Positions 59,357 to 64,000 of a stretch of DNA of 64,000 bases are shown here, in pieces. The stretch comes from an uncultured Gemmatimonadales bacterium (GTDB lineage: Bacteria; Gemmatimonadota; Gemmatimonadetes; Gemmatimonadales; GWC2-71-9). A program made the translations under genes and the position numbers. The notes under the pieces are model-generated. The model saw only the letters and a program-made list of their open reading frames with translations. It had not been told where the DNA came from and did not search any database. The stretch's first letter is position 1. Each line of letters starts with the position of its first letter. The stretch covers positions 512,001 through 576,000 of the forward strand of contig CAVUAK010000001.1 of NCBI GenBank assembly GCA_963739455.1, written 5' to 3'.

Positions 59357-62300
59357 CTACTGGGCGAAGTTCACCACCGTAAAGCGGCCGACCCTTCGGG
59401 CGTCGCCGGCTTCGATCATATAGAAGTACACACCCGACGCGACAACCTGGTTGTTACGGTTGCGGAGATTCCAGGCTTCCGTACCGCTGAAGTCGGTCGA
59501 GTTGTGTTCGATCATCTGCACCAGGATGCCGCTGGACGTGTAGATGCGGATGATCGCCTGGGTAGGCAGGTTCACGAACTGGAGCACCTTCGCTTCCGTC
59601 GTGGCCTCGTACCCGTTAGTCACGTAGTACGGGTCCGGCACCGTGTGCACCCGGAGCAGGTCCCGGTTGGTGGTCGCCAACGCAGTGGTCGGTTCAGTGA
59701 CGGAGAACCTGACCTGCAGGCCCGGGATGCCGGGCGAGCGCACCTGCGGCGTGTACGCGTAGCCGGTTGGGGTGGTGCCGGCAGCCAGTGTTCCGGCCGT
59801 CGCACTGCCCGCGGACGTCCTGACGATTCCGGCGTAGGTCCGCAGGGTCCACTTCGTTCCCGCTGCCGGCATGGCACCGCCGGTCAACTGGAAGATGTAG
59901 CGCTCGCCGTTGACGTACAGGCCGATTCCCTGGCCCGTCGTGCCCGCCGCCGAGAAGTTGGTGCTGACGTTGCCGACAGTCGCCGTGTTGACGTATGGCA
60001 CGACGTCATTCGGGTCGGTCGGTCCCAGGGCACCCACTTCGTTGGCCCAGAACTCGGCGATGTTTGCGGCGTAGTTGAAGTCCGTCCAGGTGACGACGCC
60101 ATCGCCGTCAGCATCGGTCACGAAGCCCCATGTGGCTTCGGCCTCCGGGTTGAACTTCACGTCGACATCGTTCGAGAGATCGCGGACGGATTCCATCGTG
60201 CCGCCCGGACCCCAGGTGAACTGGACGTCAGCTTCGCGCGAGAGTCCGGCGAAGGCATAACCCCAGAACTGGATCGTTCCGTTGTTCGTGGACGGCCCAG
60301 GCGTGGTCGGGTTCAGCGGATCACGCTGGACGTGGTGGATCGGCGCCCAGACCGTATCGACGCCGGGGAGCCCGCCACCGACCTTGATGCTGACGGCCGG
60401 GTGGTTCAGCGTCTCGTTGTCCCCGGCGAACCAGCGGGAGCCGCCGGCAGATACCGAGGTCTGGCAGTTCGTCGGCGCGGCACCGCAGAGAGCAGCGGTG
60501 TTGTTGTTGACCAACCCTCGCCGAGCGGCCTGACCCTCGAAGCTGCTGAACTGGATGTACTGTCGCATGGCGATGCCGACAGCGGCGCTTCCCGTCAACG
60601 TGCCGGGAATGCCGTAGGTGGCAGCCGCGGTGGGATCAATGTTGACCGGCTGCGCGCCCAGCTGGGCGGTGCCTGTCGCGATTCCATCGAAGCTGCTCCA
60701 GATCGGCCAGAGCGCCACCGTCGTGAACTTCGTTTCTACGCCGTCCTTCACGAACGTCACGTAGAAGATGTAGCACGTGCCGGTGGAGCCGGCGATGGAG
60801 TTGAACACCCCATTGCACGACGGGTTCCCGCCCCACAGCGCCCGCACGGAATCGATGGTCGCCGTCAGGCTCAGCGCCGGCAGCAGCGCCGGGATCAGCG
60901 GAGCAAAGGCACCACTCACGCCGTTGGTTGCCGGCGGCGTGCCGCTGAAGCGGCCAGTCGCGGGGTCGATGCTGAACGGTGCATCGACATTGAGCGCGGT
61001 GCCCGCCGTGCCGTAGATGCCGGACACGAGCGTCGGCGCCTGCACGTTGGAACCAGCGACGCTCGGCGTCACCGGCTTGGCCACGCGGGGCGACTCGAGG
61101 CTGGACGGGCCCGACTGGAAGCTGTTGATGTCGAACGCCGTCACCGAGTAGAAGTAGCGGAAGTTGTTCTTCGGCTCACGGTCGGTGTACCCGAACGGTA
61201 CGCCGGTGTCGGCCAGGGGCGGATAGCCGCCGTTGCTGGCTGACGTGAGTGCGGTGTCAGCGTTGCCGACAACCAGCGCGCAGGCGAACGAGACGCAGTC
61301 GGCTCCGGGAACCTGTCCCGGGTTGACTACGACGCGAGACGCCGAGCCGAGCTTGACCTGGATGAACTGTCCGGTCAGCGGGTACGAGGTGGAGGTCGTC
61401 GCCGAGACGCCGCTGAACTGCACGTAGTTGAAGGCGACCGGGCAGTCGAGCGTGACACCCAGCTCCGGGGCGCAGGTACCGACCGGGTTGATCTGGCCAC
61501 TGAAGTCGGCCATCTCGGTGCCGGAGTAGTCGAACTGGGCCACCAGCGTCAGCGAGCCCGAGTTGTTCACGCGCCCGCGATAGATCCGGTAGCCCTCGAC
61601 GTCGAACTGACGATAGTTCGGGTCGTAGAGCACGTTCGGCTCGGTCGGCGTGCCGGGGTTGCTGGCGACCGCGAAGTACGGGTCGCCGCTCACCTCGGAA
61701 GATGACGGCTGCCACACGATGGACACCTGGTTGTCGCCGGGGATCAGGTAGAAGTTCGGCGACTGGGGCGCGAACGGGAGCAGGAATCCGTTGTCGAAGA
61801 TGACCTGCGCCGTGAGCGCCTTGTTGAGCAGTGAGCCCGGGATGGTGCGGAACTCACTCTGCTCGACGCCGTTGTCGGCGTTGATGTCGGTGTAGCCGTT
61901 GAAGCCGGTCAGCGAGTCCACCTGGTTTGCACCCAGGCTCAGCAGCGACACATCGGTCAACCGGACCGGGTTGCCCGGGGTGACGTCGGTGCTTGCCGTC
62001 GGGGCGAAGCCCGGGATGGCGACCGGTGCGGCGAAGACGTACGCCACCACGATGCTGCCGAAGCCGCCCGGCGCCAACTGGAGCGACGTCGACGACTGGT
62101 AGAACCGCGCGTCCGCTGCGGACGGGTTGATGAAGCAGATGCCCACCGCAAAGCCACCCGCAACGTTGCAGGCCTGGTCACCCTGTGACGGGTCCAGGTT
62201 GCCGGAGAGGTAGCGGAACAGCTGGAACACGTTGGCCGGGTCACGGAAGCCCGTGGCCGAGTTGATCGTGTTGGAGAAGAGCTGGATCTCGCCGGCGCCC

Positions 62301-63334
62301 GTCGGGCTCCGGAGGTACTTCACGCCCACGAAGCCCGGGCCACCGAAGAACGGGGGGCCCCAGATGGCGGGGTTGTCGTACTGCTCACCGCTCGTCGGAT
62401 CGAAGGTGAAGGTGTGCTCGTAGCAGAATCCGAGGGCGAACGGGATGTTCACCGAGCAGTAGTTCGAGCCTGCAGCGGAGACGTCCATGTCCGCGGCGAA
62501 GGCCGAGAACAAGCTGTCGATCGTGTAACCGCCAGCCGGAAGGTTCACGCGGAACCTCGAGCTGTTGCTGGACACGAAGTCCCGGCCGAGCTGCTGCATC
62601 GTCGGCCGGATCGCGGGACGGACGCCGGCGTAGGCCGTCGGGTCGCTGGCCGTCACGTTGTAGAACGAGAACGTGAAGTAGACGATGTCTTCGTTGCCGG
62701 TCGGGTAGTTCCAGCCCAGGCCGCGTGACTCGACGGCGACGCCCAGCGGGTGCGGGCGTCCGGCGATCAGGGTGGAGTTGCCGTCCCAGGTCACGAACCA
62801 GACGTCACCCTGCGACGCCGAGTTGATGCCGCGGAGCACCGGGTTGTAGAAGTTGTCGGCTTCGTTGATCTCGACCGGTACCCGCGCCGCTTCCGGCCAC
62901 GCGCCGGCATCGGCAGGGTTCTGGAAGTTGTAGATCGGCTCGACGCCGTCGCCGTGCTCCGTCGTACCCTTGGGGTCGAAGAAGAAGGCACCGGAGACGT
63001 CGCCGTCCCACGCACCGCCCGGGTTCAGCACCTTGCCGGCAACCTGCAGGCCCGAGTTGAACACGAACTGGTTGCCGGTGCCCTTCGGCCAGAACCCGCC
63101 GCCGATGGTCGACGAGTTCGTGGAGTCAACGCCGATGTTGCCCTTGGACGAACTGAGTCCGAGGTACACCCGGTTGACGGTCATGGCTCCCAGGGTGCGG
63201 GCGAACAGCCGGAACCCGCGCGGCCGCGCGCCCGGCTCGGGCTTCGCAGCGGCGGTCGCGGGAATCAGTGCTGCCAACGCCAGCGCCAGCAGTCCTCCCG
63301 CCGCGAGGCTTCTCGAACGCAACAAGACTTTCAT
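59357..63334 (-). CDS. Large exported protein with FN3-like region and C-terminal T9SS type A / FlgD-Ig-like domain
   Basis: Signal peptide; WPKGTG, PGDNQV.I.W, EGYRIYR, FYSVTAFD; C-terminus VPDPYY..FVNLP..IRIYT.SG.LV..WNLRN...VASGVYFY; RBS before MKVLL. Confidence 0.8.
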   Translation of the reverse strand: MKVLLRSRSLAAGGLLALALAALIPATAAAKPEPGARPRGFRLFARTLGAMTVNRVYLGLSSSKGNIGVDSTNSSTIGGGFWPKGTGNQFVFNSGLQVAGKVLNPGGAWDGDVSGAFFFDPKGTTEHGDGVEPIYNFQNPADAGAWPEAARVPVEINEADNFYNPVLRGINSASQGDVWFVTWDGNSTLIAGRPHPLGVAVESRGLGWNYPTGNEDIVYFTFSFYNVTASDPTAYAGVRPAIRPTMQQLGRDFVSSNSSRFRVNLPAGGYTIDSLFSAFAADMDVSAAGSNYCSVNIPFALGFCYEHTFTFDPTSGEQYDNPAIWGPPFFGGPGFVGVKYLRSPTGAGEIQLFSNTINSATGFRDPANVFQLFRYLSGNLDPSQGDQACNVAGGFAVGICFINPSAADARFYQSSTSLQLAPGGFGSIVVAYVFAAPVAIPGFAPTASTDVTPGNPVRLTDVSLLSLGANQVDSLTGFNGYTDINADNGVEQSEFRTIPGSLLNKALTAQVIFDNGFLLPFAPQSPNFYLIPGDNQVSIVWQPSSSEVSGDPYFAVASNPGTPTEPNVLYDPNYRQFDVEGYRIYRGRVNNSGSLTLVAQFDYSGTEMADFSGQINPVGTCAPELGVTLDCPVAFNYVQFSGVSATTSTSYPLTGQFIQVKLGSASRVVVNPGQVPGADCVSFACALVVGNADTALTSASNGGYPPLADTGVPFGYTDREPKNNFRYFYSVTAFDINSFQSGPSSLESPRVAKPVTPSVAGSNVQAPTLVSGIYGTAGTALNVDAPFSIDPATGRFSGTPPATNGVSGAFAPLIPALLPALSLTATIDSVRALWGGNPSCNGVFNSIAGSTGTCYIFYVTFVKDGVETKFTTVALWPIWSSFDGIATGTAQLGAQPVNIDPTAAATYGIPGTLTGSAAVGIAMRQYIQFSSFEGQAARRGLVNNNTAALCGAAPTNCQTSVSAGGSRWFAGDNETLNHPAVSIKVGGGLPGVDTVWAPIHHVQRDPLNPTTPGPSTNNGTIQFWGYAFAGLSREADVQFTWGPGGTMESVRDLSNDVDVKFNPEAEATWGFVTDADGDGVVTWTDFNYAANIAEFWANEVGALGPTDPNDVVPYVNTATVGNVSTNFSAAGTTGQGIGLYVNGERYIFQLTGGAMPAAGTKWTLRTYAGIVRTSAGSATAGTLAAGTTPTGYAYTPQVRSPGIPGLQVRFSVTEPTTALATTNRDLLRVHTVPDPYYVTNGYEATTEAKVLQFVNLPTQAIIRIYTSSGILVQMIEHNSTDFSGTEAWNLRNRNNQVVASGVYFYMIEAGDARRVGRFTVVNFAQ

Positions 63335-63412
63335 TGCTGTCCTCTCAGAGTAGAAGCGCAACCGGGCCCGACCGAACCAGCGTACGGTTCGGCCGAGCCG
63401 GAGTGCACCACG

Positions 63413-64000
63413 TTAGAAAGTGAACTCCACGCCGAGCCGTAGCTGCTGTTCCCGGCCCCGTAGAAGAAGGTCGGTGCAGCCTGGTTCGCGTAGTACAGTG
63501 CGTTTGAAGCGTTCAGCTGCTCCGCCAGCGTGTAGATGTGGTCGCCGTTGCCGTAGCGCTCTTCCGCCCGGATCAGGTAGACGCAGTTCGGAACGGACGG
63601 CGTGCGTTGCTCGCGTTGACCCAGTCGCCGCAGCCGCTCGCTGCCGCACCACCGAAGCGTCAGGTTCATCGCGCCGGTGTCCTCGTCGAGGACGCCGTTG
63701 CCAAGGGCTTCGTTCGCAGTTGCGGGTGCTGTCCGCCGAGAAGTTCTGCTGCTGCTCGATCTGGCTCGTGATGCTGTTCGTGACGACGTACTGCTGAATG
63801 CGTGTTCGTGAAGCCAAGGATGTTCCGGGCATCCAGATAGAGGGACATCTGGCTCCGGCCGAGGTTGAAGCCCTTCACGAAGCGCATGTCGAACTGCTTG
63901 AACGTCGGCAGGCGCTGGCTGTTGAGGCCGTTGGTGAAGCCGCCGCGGGCGCAGACCTGGCCCGACAGGGTCGACTGGTTGCCGTCGGCCACACCGCAGG
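63413..64000 (-). CDS. C-terminal part of a TonB-dependent receptor (partial, apparent frameshifts)
   Basis: RLPTFKQFDMR, LYLDARNIL and terminal LRLGVEFTF pieces in shifting frames. Confidence 0.7.

Noticed and set aside
1..64000. tRNA, rRNA, transposase, integrase, prophage or defence genes
   Set aside because: No supporting motifs or structures seen; nearly all sequence is accounted for by envelope-related genes

Overview
High-GC diderm bacterial chromosomal segment, most likely Gemmatimonadota (inferred from gene repertoire: SprA, PorV-like, GWxTD, Oar-type TonB receptors, pilB-pilT-pilC). It is almost entirely envelope biology. From left to right: (i) two convergent operons with four GT-C membrane glycosyltransferases (two TMTC-like), two GT2 enzymes and two SAM methyltransferases, one operon coupled to a PilS/PilR-like two-component system; (ii) Slt70-like lytic transglycosylase; (iii) Met-rich DM13 protein with SigK/RskA-like ECF pair, facing a copper-uptake operon (CutF/CruR-like leader ORF, TonB receptor, lipoprotein, mbnP, mbnH, copC, copD); (iv) M28 peptidase, M15 peptidase, two tandem YcbB-like L,D-transpeptidases and an AsmA-like protein; (v) HAF-repeat and leishmanolysin-like lipoproteins; (vi) sprA - glutaminyl cyclase - comEA - pilBTC, divergent from lptFG; (vii) Oar-like receptor and heme o synthase; (viii) a TonB receptor - large T9SS-CTD-like protein - PorV-like barrel - GWxTD module. 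Many genes carry single-base frameshifts that look like long-read assembly errors. No rRNA, tRNA, CRISPR array or transposase was seen. The best leads are the T9SS-related TBDR/CTD-protein/PorV/GWxTD module, the sprA-coupled glutaminyl cyclase with a Q-rule signature in local signal peptides, and a putative copper-sensing ribosome-arrest leader.
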